From contig OZ365109.1 in NCBI GenBank assembly GCA_977030845.1, forward strand, positions 53,692,001 to 53,756,000: a DNA stretch of 64,000 bases, given 5' to 3'. This DNA comes from Fimbriosthenelais zetlandica. Taxonomy: Eukaryota. Position 1 is the stretch's first letter. Each line of letters begins with the position of its first letter. The position numbers and the translations under genes are program-made. The notes below the pieces were generated by a model. The model did not search any database. It was given only the letters and a program-made list of their open reading frames with translations, and was not told the origin of the DNA. Below are positions 27,631 to 41,000 of the stretch, piece by piece.

Positions 27631-29419
27631 TGAAGAGTGATAAATTGGTTATATGCATGGTTATAGGGAAGGTGCTGGACATGAATAATGCTATGTCTGG
27701 ATGTAACATCTCCAAGGAATGCTCACTCATGTATATACATAGCAGTGGTGATAAAAATAAACCCGGGCTTATATAGAGGATAGTGTTAGTAGTACATGGC
27801 GATGGGACTGAGAGCCAGGCGCTCACAGCGGTGACGGGGGACCGGGTATACCACCCACACTGTTTAAATCAGTGCTCAGCAGATATTTACAGCTAAAATC
27901 TACATACAAGCATAGATCTGAGATGCAATGAAGACCCAAGGGTGTTGGGAAAAACTTCTGAAGAAATAGTTGACCAAGAAAAAGTGAAGGAAAAAAAATC
28001 AAAGGAAAAAATAATATACATAAAGCCTCCGTCTCTCTTTCTATCTGTCTATATAGGCCTACTCTTTCTCTATCCCACTGTAGTAGTGAAAGCTAGCTAC
28101 ACATATCAATTCATATTAATATTTAAGTTAATATTTAAAACACAAATCTGTAGCAAGTCTTCTCGATGTAGATAAACAATCAAGGCCATAGTGTATTTTG
28201 AATTAACTGGTATGAAGAGAGGAAGAGGAGTGACCTGATACGGGGATCAAATGATAAGGTCTGATGTACTTGTTTATAGGCCTATATCTGCTCTACCATG
28301 CAAGGCTTATAGGAGAGTCAGTCAACTCAACATGCAGGTAATTAGTAGATGATGTAGAAGGATATGAGTAGTATATGGTCTGGACGATGGAAAGGCAGAA
28401 GATGGAGGGTACAGACACACAAGCAAAGATGAAAGATGAGCAGCATGAAAAATTAAGACGAGTGTAATTTTACGGATGAATGAAATGAATTTGCAATTGC
28501 AATTAATAGTGCAAAGGATTTTTCTTACGTGGAACAAAGGAGCATAACACACAAGAACCAAATGCACGGGCAAAGAGATTCGAGACATGTATGCTCTCCC
28601 AAAATGCCCAATTCTCAAAGAACAAAATCTTGGACAAAGATTAGAAAAGCAATTCAGGACATGCATTCAAATGCTATCCAGATGTTAGACAATCATAACC
28701 CATCTAAGGGATGGTCAAAACTGATCAAAAGTGTCATGTGTATAGAGAAGAGTGAGTGGGATGAGGCGAATGTGGGCAAATATTATGATCTGAACTAACG
28801 ATGACACACTGACATGGATGTTTCTCACGGCCAGATGAGCTTTAATCGTGAAGTCTCTCCTCGAGTCCTGAATATAAATAGATCCGTGTTGACCCAAGGA
28901 TAAATGCAATTAGAGCAATCCTAACCAGAATCTAAATATGGTATAGACCGACAACCTCAGTCACTGCAATTGCACAGACAAATGCAATGAAAGGTGCAAT
29001 GATAAAGGGGCATCTTTTAAAATGTATATGGAACTGGGATAGATTCGAAACATGCAATGAACATGAGAAAATCTTGAAAGTGCAGTTGAATGTGTAGAAA
29101 GATTGTTCATCAAAACATCATGGGTCAAGGAAGACAGATCACGAGAGGACATCTATTTGAAGAGGAGATCTATAGTCATTAGTTGTCGTTGCTTTAGATC
29201 TGCTCAGTAAACAGATCGGATGGGAGGGAATGCCAACAGGGTCAGAGCTCGGTCATTGCCTGATTTTACAAGACAAACACCATCAGACTCATCCCCTGAG
29301 GAGGTCCTGGACCTGGAGGTGGCCGCAGGTCCCGGTGACTGACGACTCATGGCCACCAGGGAATTGAATATACAGATGTGAGAGTGGGTCATAGGTAAAT
29401 AGTATGTCTGTACAAAGAC

Positions 29420-29550
29420 ATGTGGGAGGAGGGAGGGTGAGGGGAGGAAGGAACAAGGGATGGTGGGGGGGGGGGAGGGAGGGTTGGTGGGAGAGAAGGG
29501 AAGAAGGGAAGGAGAGAGGGGGGCTGGGAGGAAAAGATGTATGGATGGAT
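29420..29550 (+). repeat. G/A-rich low-complexity tract with a poly-G run
   Basis: Direct reading. Confidence 0.8.
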
Positions 29551-30994
29551 AGATAGAATACATTTTCGTGCTTGTAAACGTCAGTATAATGCACCTAAAT
29601 GTTCCATCTCTGACTAAGGTCATCCCAGCTGTCCACGGGCCCTCTCCCCTCTCCAGAACCTCCGTCCTGCGGCCATAAATTGAGCACTAAATGATTTATA
29701 ACAAGAGTCTCAGACCCGGATACGTCAGCAAATCGCTTGGGATTTTAAGGGCGTCACAGCTTGTAAATGGTCGCTCCTTGCTGGTGTGTAAAAGAGGAGC
29801 TTTCACGTGACCTATGTTAGAGGAGGGCTTCAATATATCTATCATAGCCCCGAGTGGCGGTTGAGTATACGGGGGTGTATGGGGTAGAGGTGGTGGGGAG
29901 GGGTTGATCCTGGAGCTATCGTCAATGTCACTCAGGCTTTACCAGGTTGACACCAGCATGAGGTATGCTTCCCTGCAGCAAGAACTTGCATCAAGAGGAC
30001 AATGGAGAGCACGAAGCCAAAGGTCAATGAAATGCTCAAATCAACCACTAGTTGTGCTTCATCCTTCAAAAATCAGGAAATAATATATGTTCCCTGGAAA
30101 TGATAACAATCGATTTATCGCAGACATGGAATAGAAAGGGGCCTCTAACATATTGGGGTACCACTGATTCAAAGACAAAGGCCCAGTCAGAGGATGTCAA
30201 TGAACAATAAATGAGTTACAAGAGGCATTCCTTCCCAATTGTCAATGGGCTTCAATAGCTCCATTTACAATTAATTGAAGCGCGAGAAACCATAGAAGCC
30301 GCCATCACATCCAGATCCACCATTAGCTGATGAGAAAGCGTCTCTAACCAATGAACCGATGACCTTTGACCTGCCGGTTTTCACCAGCCTGACCCTTATA
30401 TGTTGGCCGCCATCTTGGAAAGCACCTATTTCCGGTAACGGGTCTCACAATGACAAGTCGATTTTTATCTGGAGAGACAGGCAGGCAGGAGTCACGTATA
30501 GTTTCACAATACAAGTATATTCTATCCAGTCTCACTTAAAGGGCAATCTGCCAAAGTCTTCATACAAGATCTGAAGAGAAATTCAGAACAGTCTTAGAAG
30601 TACGTTTGAATACAGTATAACTTCTAGGGATTTGTACCAGACGTGGTCTATTGTCATCCACATGTATGGCCTCCGCTACAGCTTTAGTGAATGGACGAGC
30701 TGGAAGGATTGTCCATAGGTGTGAAGTACCAACAGGCATGGAATGTACAATCCCAGGGCAAAATGTCATCTACAGACAATGGCTTATTCTACCATTTGTT
30801 TTATCTAATTTTGCCATATTACCTTCGCCGGAATACTTCACAATAATATATAATAAAGTATTGAAGTTGGCGATGTATCATCTTCTCCGATATTTCTTCG
30901 TTTTATATCGTTCAATGACCAATTCATATTCTTTGCAAAGCGCAATATTTGTTCAGAGCTTATATATATAACAGTCAGCCTTTTGCATGCTTAC

Positions 30995-31028
30995 CTTGCA
31001 CATTTTCCTTTGACACATTATGTTTTCT
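30995..31028 (-). CDS. Possible short exon; ATG at 31018 gives MCQRKMCK ending at a phase-0 donor
   Basis: tttcattgtgtgcag| 34 nt |gtaagc, with strong donor CAAG|GTAAGC. ATG has A at -3. No homology support. Confidence 0.25.
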
Positions 31029-32551
31029 CTGCACACAATGAAACTAGATATGCATTCAGAGAAAAAAGTACACGAAACTGTACGATCTAGGCCTATAAAT
31101 CTTAAGAGCCCTCTAATTAATATACAGACCTTCGTGTGCATCCTGGCCAGCATCGTCTTGTAAGGCTTAGATCCAAAACTTTTTCATTTCTCTCCCTCTT
31201 TTCTTGAGTTTTGTCAATATACCGAGACGAATATATACAATTCAAAAAACCTGGAGTAAGGTGCCGTGTATCATACTTTGTGTATATTCCCTGTATGTTA
31301 TGGCTAAGTTCCCAGTGGGGATTAGGAAACAGTGAAAGGTGTAATGTATTATATCATTGTTCAGATGGAAGGCAATTAATATAAAGCGGAGACTTATGTT
31401 CAGAAACTGCAAACAATTAAAGTGTGTTTAACACATGTAAGATCGCCGGACGATGCTATTAGGTGATCGTCGCATGCGACTCCTCATCCAATTTCAAGCG
31501 GACTTTTGGCTGTCGTTTGTCCTGAAGATGGCCAACCGATATCAGTCGAGACAACAGGGCTGAGCAAGGGCCGAGCAATGGCATTTTAAGTGGCTCATCA
31601 TTTGGAAAATTAACTGTGTGCAAATGACTCTGAAGAAAGTTAAGGACATCTACAGCAGGCAGACTGGATCGTAAGGGAGATTATAAAATCGCCCATAAAT
31701 AATTTTGCTGCTGGAAGACCAGATCCCCAAGAAACAGAAACCAAGTCGATCTAATCTGTAGATGAATGATGAAAAAGAAGCTGGAACAAATCCAGAGAAC
31801 CAGACCCGGTCATCTCCATACCCGGTCGTCTCCATATGAACCACTTTGAGGATGAGAACATAACTCCCTCGTTTGTACGGCTGCTCGAGTATGTAGACTG
31901 CGGTAGTACAGACGTACAATTCTTGGATGATTTAAAAGGTACTTTAAGGCCAGTGACCCCGAGAACACATTCTGAGCTAGAGCTAAAAGGAAACCTTTCA
32001 ATTTCTGAGATAAGCCTCAGGGAGTTATCAAAGAGAAAATGGTCTCAGTTTCCCCATCATAAAAGACTGTACACTTTGTTCAACTCAAAAAGGCACGCTG
32101 GCAAAACAGTGTGAAGCAACAAATAGTGGCAAAGCATGAGCAGCATAAACTCTCTCAGTCCCTCCATAAGCAACGAATTAGGAAACATCTGTTGCATCAC
32201 AGTTGACTTTACAATTAGTTCACAGCTCGTAATTTGCTTGAGATATTGCTTTCTTAAGTAAGAAGACGTCTACAGTGAGTTAGGTTGCGTGCGCAGCAGG
32301 AAGTGTCTGTAATTGGAATGAGTAGTAGGACTGTTAGCTTTCAAAACGCCAACCACTTCCTACATGACCGGAGCAGCTGAGAAAACTTAACTCAATTCCT
32401 AACTCAATAAAATGTGGACTGGAGGAGGCCTGTCACCAGCGTCCTACATGGAGTAGGCAAAGCGCGAAAAGCAAGTTGGCACCGGGTCAACTACTTGCCA
32501 ACTGAGATTTTCCCCACAATCTCCCCTATCCCACCTCTGATACCAGGAATA

Positions 32552-32733
32552 GCTGCCATGACAACTGGGCCCAATCCAAATGTGAATGTTGCTATGGTAA
32601 CCCGACACCCCCAAGACACTCGGCACTGCTCGGCTCGTGACTCAGCAGGATTGAACCTAGCCACTTCCGGTTATAGGAGAAGCAGGAATTCTCCATTGGT
32701 GGAGGCTTGAAATGATTCGATCATTACTTCCGG
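32552..32733. promoter_or_regulatory. Promoter/enhancer-like motif cluster: two RFX X-boxes, an ARE/AP-1 site and two ETS sites
   Basis: GCTGCCATGACAAC 32552-32565, GTTGCTATGGTAAC 32588-32601, TGACTCAGCA 32638-32647, ACTTCCGG at 32663 and 32726; locally CpG-rich. Confidence 0.55.
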
Positions 32734-35129
32734 GAGACTGGCTATGTAAGGGACAGGGCACAAGAGATAAGGGAGTCCCCCGGCTTAGACAAACTCTGCG
32801 TGGTTTGCTATCTATGAAAATTTATTGTCATAGCACCACACTAGACTAGATTATAGATTCTATACCATATTGAAGAAAACTGATTTAGTCAGCCAGTGCT
32901 GAGTGGGAGATGACCAATAGAATTAAGATTTCCCATCCCCCATAGGCAAAGCTGTTGCATAAAAGGGTCATCGGCTGAGGGTTGACCTTCCCTCGGGCAA
33001 TTCATTGTGTCCATTTTAACAAGAGGCTCAAGTCATGTGTGCAATGCCCTGATACAGGTATCTGGGTTTGGAAATCTTTTATGTAAGACCTCATGCAAGG
33101 ATTTATCATCAACTCAGTACTTGCTGTCCAGAGAGGGGAATTGTTATGGCTATACTGAAGAGACATGATTGTAGATATGTGGGATCTCAGAAAATTATTT
33201 GCTCCATTATTTAATTCTGCGTAATTAAGCCTATATGACTTGAGACCCATTAGACCCTTTTTTATAGGAAGTCGGAGCGAAATGCCCTTTTCTTTCCTGT
33301 GAGGAACTTGCTCTTTAATCATTTAGATTAATTTGAAGACAGGAGAATGGGACAGCCATTGAAACAGAAGCCAGACCATACATGAATTATATAAAGCAAG
33401 GCTGTGCAGCACCAACTTGGGATCTTCAAGACTCTTTGATGTCTTCGACGTCCCTTTGCTCTTTTTGTAGGCAAGGAATATGATTATCCATTTATACTAC
33501 GGAAATGTGCTTTTGAAAAGAAATACTACAAATAGTATATATACTTAAATTGCATTATGACTATTAAAGAAATGAGTGAGGAATACGTTGTGATACTTTC
33601 CAGTTTAAGTGTCCAAAGCAGGCTTGAAGGTTGATGCCTAATTCTCATGTGCAAGCGTGTACTACCACTGGTACAAACGATCTTAGATCATCACAGTGGG
33701 GAAACAAATCTGGATGGGGGAAGTCAAGCAGAAGGTCGATAGTTCCTCTGAGGAATAAAACCACTCATACTAAGATGGAAGCTACAGGGAAATGTCGCAG
33801 TCCCCCGCTTAAGTGGATTTTAATGTCAAACATTAGTGGCCATTCCATCAATCTGCCATCTGACGTTCTGATTCATTCTTGCCCCAGAACACGTCCAGCA
33901 AATGTATGGAAGTATGGACGCTTATAATTGTGCTGAGGGCAAGAGTCAAGGGGATATAGTACTGAAATACAATGACATTTCAGAATCTTGGATAAATGAT
34001 ATCGTCAAGTCATATTCCAAAAACAAAGCAAATAGTTTGAAATACTAAAAATCAATTCAAATAGCAGAAAAAAACGTATTCAGTCGCCCAGAAATAAAGT
34101 TCAATCAGAATTGTCGTCCAATTAATTTAATGGTGCTCATTTTAGTTGTTATACCATTACAATAATTCTTGAATAAATGCGAGACCAGGGTAACATTGTT
34201 GCTATAAATGAGCAATGAGATACGTATAAAATAGCTGGACAAAATCGATGCTATAGGAAATTGATTGCCATTAGCTAGATTCCACTCCATTTTAGTGTAT
34301 TAAAAAGTGGATCAGATTCTTTATTGCACCTCTCAATGCTAATGTGGTTTGCTGCTAATGGAAAAGTAGGGAAGTCGTTATGTCATGTTTGATCAAGGTA
34401 GCTATCACTGAGGAGGGAAGTATTTTCTTGCCTCAATGAGCACTATTAAGCCCGCCACATCATGCTTGTCTCCGAGCAAGGATTTTTATTTTATCAGTTG
34501 ACACCGAGTCGGGAATCAGGGCAGATCGTATAAGAATACAGAATAGCTGTCTGGGTGTAGTTTTTTTTATATTTGAGGAGCCGTACTCTAGTTTCTATTT
34601 CCCCCATGATTATCGGCTGCTCGAGCAGCTCTAAGATGGTGAATTCCAAACATTTTCTTAAGTCCAATTATAGGAGCAAGAACTTGTTATTAGTAGCGGA
34701 AGGTACTATACAAAGCCACGTTTTGTTTATTTATTTACATGTTGTTTTTTCTAGTCAACTCTTGGAGTTCCTGCTTGAATAGGAAATGCTGAATTATGTA
34801 TCTACACAGTGGAGGTCTGGTGGAAAAAACCGGCGCAGCAATTTCATCATCTATTACAACATTCATTTGAGGGTTGGGATAATGGAGTATGGCAGGAAAA
34901 TTAATAACATAATACCTTTTTATAATAATATAATTTTGTGGTGCAGGTCAGCTACATAGGCAAGGGTTTTCCGGTAGTTTGACCCTTGATCATCATATAA
35001 TCTGTTTTCTAAACATCCCCAGAATCATAGACCTATATAATACAGAACATATAAAGACGTCCTTTGGCCACCTTATCTCCCCAAGGCTCTCATCATGCCA
35101 AAGGCTTTAGTGTCTAGAGAATATCACTC

Positions 35130-35165
35130 CAAACCCGCTCTTTTAGAGTCTAAAGGGCGGGTTTG
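35130..35165. other. 36-bp near-perfect palindrome
   Basis: caaacccgctcttttaga-g-tctaaagggcgggtttg (one mismatch, one bulge). Confidence 0.8.
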
Positions 35166-36693
35166 AAAGGAAGGGATGAAGCAGAGAAACGTCTGAAATC
35201 CTCTAGTCATCAGCTTCTAGATGACTCGAGACAGAGGAGTGAAGTGTGTAGTCAACTAGGGCACTGCAGATGGATAGGCAAATGAAGCAAACTGATACTG
35301 ATACTGATACCTAATATTGTGTGATACTGTTCAATCTTATATATAAGCAAAGTCACATCAGAATGTGAATAATATTATGAAGAAGATGCACTTGACAAGA
35401 GGGGAACTGCATTATAAGGACAAAAAAATGAAGGAGGCCTCAGGGATAATTAGATGACAGTGAAATGGCAAGTACAAATTACATTCAAGACAGATTTATC
35501 TGGAAATATAAGACCGAAGACAATATGAAAAACAAGTTGTAAACAGATTCCAAAGCTAGCAAAGAAGCCATGAAGGTCAGAGAAAATAGACATAGTAGGA
35601 AAATATTCGATTGCACCGACATTCATAAACCCATAGAAATGGCGCTCCATCATAGAATATTGCCAGTTGTAAGTAGTTTATGGGAAGAGGTGAACAAAGC
35701 TGGCAGTCCAGCAAATGGAATGGTGAGAATGACCAAGCTATGTAGTGTTCCCGGCTGGTAGAAGCCAGGCCAGTCCTCCACCCCTTATAAATGAACTTCT
35801 ATTAGAGACATGCCACAAATGCCACACCCTAGTAGGAGCAGCGCCTTCAATATATGTCATTTCACAAAGGTTGCGATACCTATAATGAAGCCAGGGCCAT
35901 TAGGGAGGACACTGCTACAGCCTTATCATGAATACCAAACATACTCTTATCTCTTAATATCTCTCTCATGCTAGCACTATAGCGGCCTTGGGGATAAGAC
36001 ATGAGTAATACAGTAGGATTATCAATAGGGGATGGATGGATGGAGAGAGTTTTAAGACTGCATCATGCGGTAAATGGGAAGATAAAAACAATATGAACAG
36101 AAAAGATTTATCGGAGAGAATTTTGTCACATACTTCTCGACTCTCACTATACATGCCTAACCGAATCATTAATTCTATATTACAGCTAATATTAATTTTG
36201 TGGTTAAGTGCAGGCTTTTTAACCCCCACTGGTATAACATGGTTTGGTTTTATGTGCCTACGTTGTCTTTGTATCTTAAGAATTTATATTTAATCAACTG
36301 AAAGGATTTATAAATATCCATTGCACAGCAAAAAGTACTAGTTGCGTATCAACTGAAATGGTTTGTAGCTATACTTCGATCCGATATTATACTGTTTGTC
36401 GGTGCTCTAGTAAAAAGTAAAGCTTCAGTTTGAGAGATGCTGTGTAGAGGTGGTGGAAAGGAAAGGGAAATGACTTGGAAAATCTAACACTGAATCTGAA
36501 CTTTCAACCTTTGGTGGATAAAGTACATGCCCTTCAGGCCCAGTAAGACATTGGCTTCGCCATTCTCCTAACTGAATGGTAGTGCTAAAGGTTGCTTGGT
36601 GTATTGTATAGGGATTCTATAGTAAAAGATGCTTTGAATGATTTACCTTTTCTGATACATACTCTGGTGCAGCATGGAAATGATGCAATTCAA

Positions 36694-36719
36694 ACTTACC
36701 TGAAAAGAAAGAGAGACAT
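36694..36719 (-). other. Candidate recursive splice site (ratchet point)
   Basis: Minus strand reads catgtctctctttcttttcag|gtaagt: a strong 3' splice site abutting a perfect 5' splice site. Confidence 0.6.
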
Positions 36720-36735
36720 GGTTATTTAAGTATAG

Positions 36736-36768
36736 TCATTCATTCATTCATTCATACATGCATTCATT
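36736..36768. repeat. (CATT)n microsatellite immediately upstream (minus strand) of the 36.7-kb recursive-site candidate
   Basis: Direct reading. Confidence 0.9.
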
Positions 36769-37144
36769 GGGCCATGATAAGTACATATTCATCATCTAAT
36801 CATCTTATTTGTCCAATAATGTCAACACAACATTTGAATTTTGTACAACCATTCATATACCAATGCTTTAACGAGTCTACCCTTCCCTCACATTCAGCCG
36901 ATCCATGTGTAGGCAGTACAGAGCATAGAGAGAAGGCAGTACTAGCACAGATCCCATACATCACATGTGGGTCTCTCACAGGACTCATTGGCCTTATAAA
37001 TCAGGGGTGGATCATTGACCAGAGGTGAACATTAACACACATACATTGACCACTACTGACAGGTCGTGTATCAGCCTGCCCAAGTACAACTGACCAACAA
37101 ATCAACACATTATACCCCTAAGCGAGTTTAGTTAAAGCGCTATA

Positions 37145-37169
37145 CCACTGCTGCGATTTGGCTTGCGAA
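37145..37169 (+). mobile_element. Solo fragment of the MITE-like terminal repeat
   Basis: ccactgctgcgatttggcttgcgaa matches 57612-57636 at 24/25. Confidence 0.5.
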
Positions 37170-40100
37170 GTGTTCGGCGTCAAATACATGTTTGTTATTT
37201 TTCATTTCAGAATCTATCAAATCCCGCACAATAACGGCACAAAATCTACAAGAGACACTTTGTATAAAGACATGTATTGTAATGAAGCATTTCATCGCTA
37301 TATACTTTATGCTTTGATCTCAGATCAATGAAATGCCTTGGGGTTTGAAAATGAATTTTATGTTTAATGCACATGTAATATTGATTGGGGCTCAGTATAC
37401 ATGGAAGGACCACAATCCTGGACATAATACAGCTAACGGAGCTAGTAGGCTGTACATTTATACGGATATAGAAAAGGGCCTAAAAATAGAGCCATATAAT
37501 GAATGATGCCTTATCACCAATTGCCAAACATGTCACAAATCAGACATATATAGGTTTCACATAGTCCTCTACATAGACCGGTGGGTGCTTTAATTGGCTT
37601 CGCCACATTCCCTGTGGCCTAACAGAACGGTCGCGAGAACAGTATATTATAAACTGTGTGATGGGGACTGTGAATTATACATAGCAGGCAAGGCTCCGAT
37701 ATTCGCCTCTTGTATGGCCAATCTAAAGCCAAGAAAGGGCGAAATGAAGAAAAATTTCCCAAAACCTGAACCAAGGAAGGTATAATGAAGAAACATAGAA
37801 TAAAGCATTTTTTCTCCATTTCTATCTCCTCGGAGGTGACAACTTGGTATGGTCTAATCCAATCTATACCTCCTACGCCAGTGCCACCTACGGGGCTATC
37901 TTTACACTATAGCCATTGACAGTTGGAGGGCCCGTGGTTTTCCGGCTCCCCAGGGCTAGTCGTACATTGCCTCCCGTGCAAGCAATCAATAGAGGGTAAT
38001 GGCCAGAGATTCGTTTATCTTGCCTTGTGTTGCATCGGGTCTAAAAGGTGCAATGTGCAGCATTTTACCATCAGGACATTGTTGTAGGGGCGGAGTAGAT
38101 GACGAGGGGTGATAGAGAGTGAATGAGAGGAGGGGGCACTAAATGATGAGGAGCCATTTGTTAGGTCATTCATATGTTACAATCCACTCAGACTTACTAC
38201 ATTCATTATTGGTTCCATAAGTTGTAAATTATGCAAGAGTATCATGGATTTTGGCCATTGTTGTGACTGAAAATCAAAGGGGGTCAATCATGCACCGGAA
38301 GCAATCAATGGCAGCACTAGTTCTGAAAAATTCATTTCATTTGTAATAATCAATTTCCTAAAATTGGAACAATTGAAATTATTCCAGAAAACACTCCTAT
38401 CATAGAGCTAGGAAGGTAACATAGCTGCTACGATACATTCATATAGACCAAAAGGCAAATAAAACCTACCAAATTGGATCTGCAACTCATTCATTGGAAA
38501 AAAAAATGCTTTTAAAAAATGAGATTTTCCGCCAAAGAGAGTTGAATGACTCAATTATTATTTTTCTGATCTAGACATATCATGTATGATCCAATTTAGA
38601 AAAAACGATCTGGAAATGCTTTTCAGCAGTAGAATGCACCATCTGTGAGCCACAGCTAGAATACATGAATTGTATAGACCTGTAGTTGGGGAATATCTGA
38701 GGCACACAGGAACATATCAGACCTGGCTGAGCGCAGCCATTGTTACACTGTTAAGTACATCTATTGTTAAGACTATTCTCAGTGACTAAAGGATCAGTCG
38801 TACTTGAGCTGGGAATACAGAAAAATCTATTATGAGTAACTGAGTACAATAGGCTCTATGATGGCATGACTAACCCTGAACAAAGGTTATGAGAAGAGAC
38901 TGATTAGCATTTTATATAAACAAATATTGTAATAAATACTGTTTATATTATGCTGTTTAAATAATATTTTATGATTAATACTGTGCTAAAATATATAATA
39001 CTAAAATAATACAGGTGCAGTATATAATCCGTAGACTTGTTTGGGGAGAACGAGCATTTTATCCCATATAATTATGAATTAACATTACTGAGACCCTGGT
39101 TATTGGAAGGTAATGGCAAGCACTTAAATACTATGTCCAAACACATGGTAGAAATAAATGAACAGCTATGAGAATTAATTAATGACTAATTAAAACTTAA
39201 AACGGTGGGTTTTCTTGTGATACCTTTTATATTTCATCAAATAATATTAATTATCACTAATGACACTTGGTACAAGTTCCACACTTGTTAACAAGTACGA
39301 ACAAGATCCTAGGTCACGTTTTAAACAATAACTTTGCCGTGATTGCAGAGGAACAGACAAAACCAAACTTGATTTCTGACCAGGGGCACGTGTCCGACAC
39401 CAAAGAAAAAGTCCCATCTCCATTTGTCACTTTCATTTCTTGACTCCCCCTGAACAAAAGTCTAAGAAAATTGCAATCCACCACGCGAGTGAAAAAGGGA
39501 GGGCATGGAAGCATTCAGATCTTTGACACTGGACAAGACGCTGTAATTTGTCATCCGTGTTTTTCGCTGTGAAATCAATATAAAAAGCACTTTTCAGGTT
39601 TGACAGTTAACATCAGTTGCGATCCTGAGTGATGGGTAGAGTAGTAAGCAGAATGGTTTTTAGCCCATAGGTTTTAAACCTTAAATGGAAGGATAAGAAG
39701 TGTGTGGAGAAAGGCACTGTTTATATAATATTAGCCAGATCCAATCCCCCAAGCTTCTATACTACTGGGCTGCTACTATTCTCTAACAGTGCAGGGTCGA
39801 TATATCACAGTGTGGGGGGAGAGATGGATGGGCCCGGGGTAAAGAACAGATATACAATGGTACGAACCAACAAGGGAAAACCTCACCCACAGATGCCTGC
39901 ATTTGATTCATATTGGCAAGCCAATTTAAAGACTCACACCTCCATTTTAGACTTACAGCAGGTATTCGAGACAATATTATCTCATAAAGTTATCTCATAA
40001 ATTACTGAACTGTAATGAAAATAATGAAAGTAATAGTTGATGGGCCAAGACCCAATATAGGGTCAATTGCATAATAACTCTGTGATAACCCCAGAAGCTT

Positions 40101-40584
40101 GCCTTGACTTTCAAATTTAATATGGCACGTGAAGCTTGAAGAATAAATGATGCCAGCGACGCTGTGAATGGGGGATTGGAATGAACTTTCACCTTCACAG
40201 TACAACGACCCCGCAGGTAACATTAATCTTCATATATCGATTAATGTACATTTACAGGAATAGAAAATAAATATCAGATTACCAATTACCATGATTATTG
40301 CATAGTATTCTGACAGAAGCCGCGCCATACAGTTGCTTCAATAGAGGCTATTTATCTCATTCGGGGTAACCATTTATGTACCAAAGTAGCTCCATACAGT
40401 ACATCTATACAAGTCAGGATATTAATTTCTACAAAAAGGCATGTAATAAACCATCCGACCACACGACTCCATGTATTATTCATAATCAATAGGTTAGAGG
40501 CGGTCAACTATTTGTGGATGATTTATAGCAGAAATCACACTGTGTATTGGACACGGCCACGCCTTGTGGGGATGTGAGTAGTCC

Positions 40585-41000
40585 ATTGGGAGGGGGGTGG
40601 AGGTAGGGGGAGAGAGAAAGGGAGGGAGGGAAGGGAGAGGTAAGGCATGAAGGGAAGCGGTAGGTTGCTGGAGGAAGGGGGAAGAGGGAGTACGGAAGGG
40701 GTAGGATGTATAGGGAGGAATTTCAGGAGGGTCAGAAGAGAAGTTTTAAAGGAAGGGGAGAGAGCGGGACAGGGAGACAGGGGAGGGGCGAGGAGAGAAG
40801 AGGAAGGCAGGATTGCTTCGGGAAGTGTAAAGGGGTAGGGTGAGGGAGTTGGATCAGGAGTGAGGAAAGAATGGGGAAGAGAACTCAAAAAGTGTGAAGT
40901 GATTGGGCGGGGGACCGGGTAGAAGGAAGTGGGAGTATGAACAGAGTGAGAGGGGTACAAGGGAGGGGTATGTGTATAGGAGTGAGGGGAGAGGCTGGAG
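40585..41000 (+). repeat. Long G/A-rich low-complexity tract with a canonical G-quadruplex motif
   Basis: Strong purine bias over about 400 bp; GGGAGGGAGGGAAGGG at 40620-40635. Confidence 0.8.

Noticed and set aside
29215-29683. Plus-strand two-exon reading DRMGGNANRVRARSLPDFTRQ...GHPSCPRALSPLQNLRPAAIN-stop
   Set aside because: Phase-compatible and protein-like, but the first acceptor and donor are weak and there is no homology or upstream partner.
31836-32114. 92-aa plus-strand ORF and the other 60-160 aa ORFs in the track
   Set aside because: No recognisable domains or consistent splice support. Lengths are within chance expectation, and those overlapping the two large exons are antisense or shadow frames.
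35136-35150. Histone 3' stem-loop-like gctcttttagag
   Set aside because: The stem does not match the consensus, no histone ORF is upstream, and it is explained by the larger palindrome.
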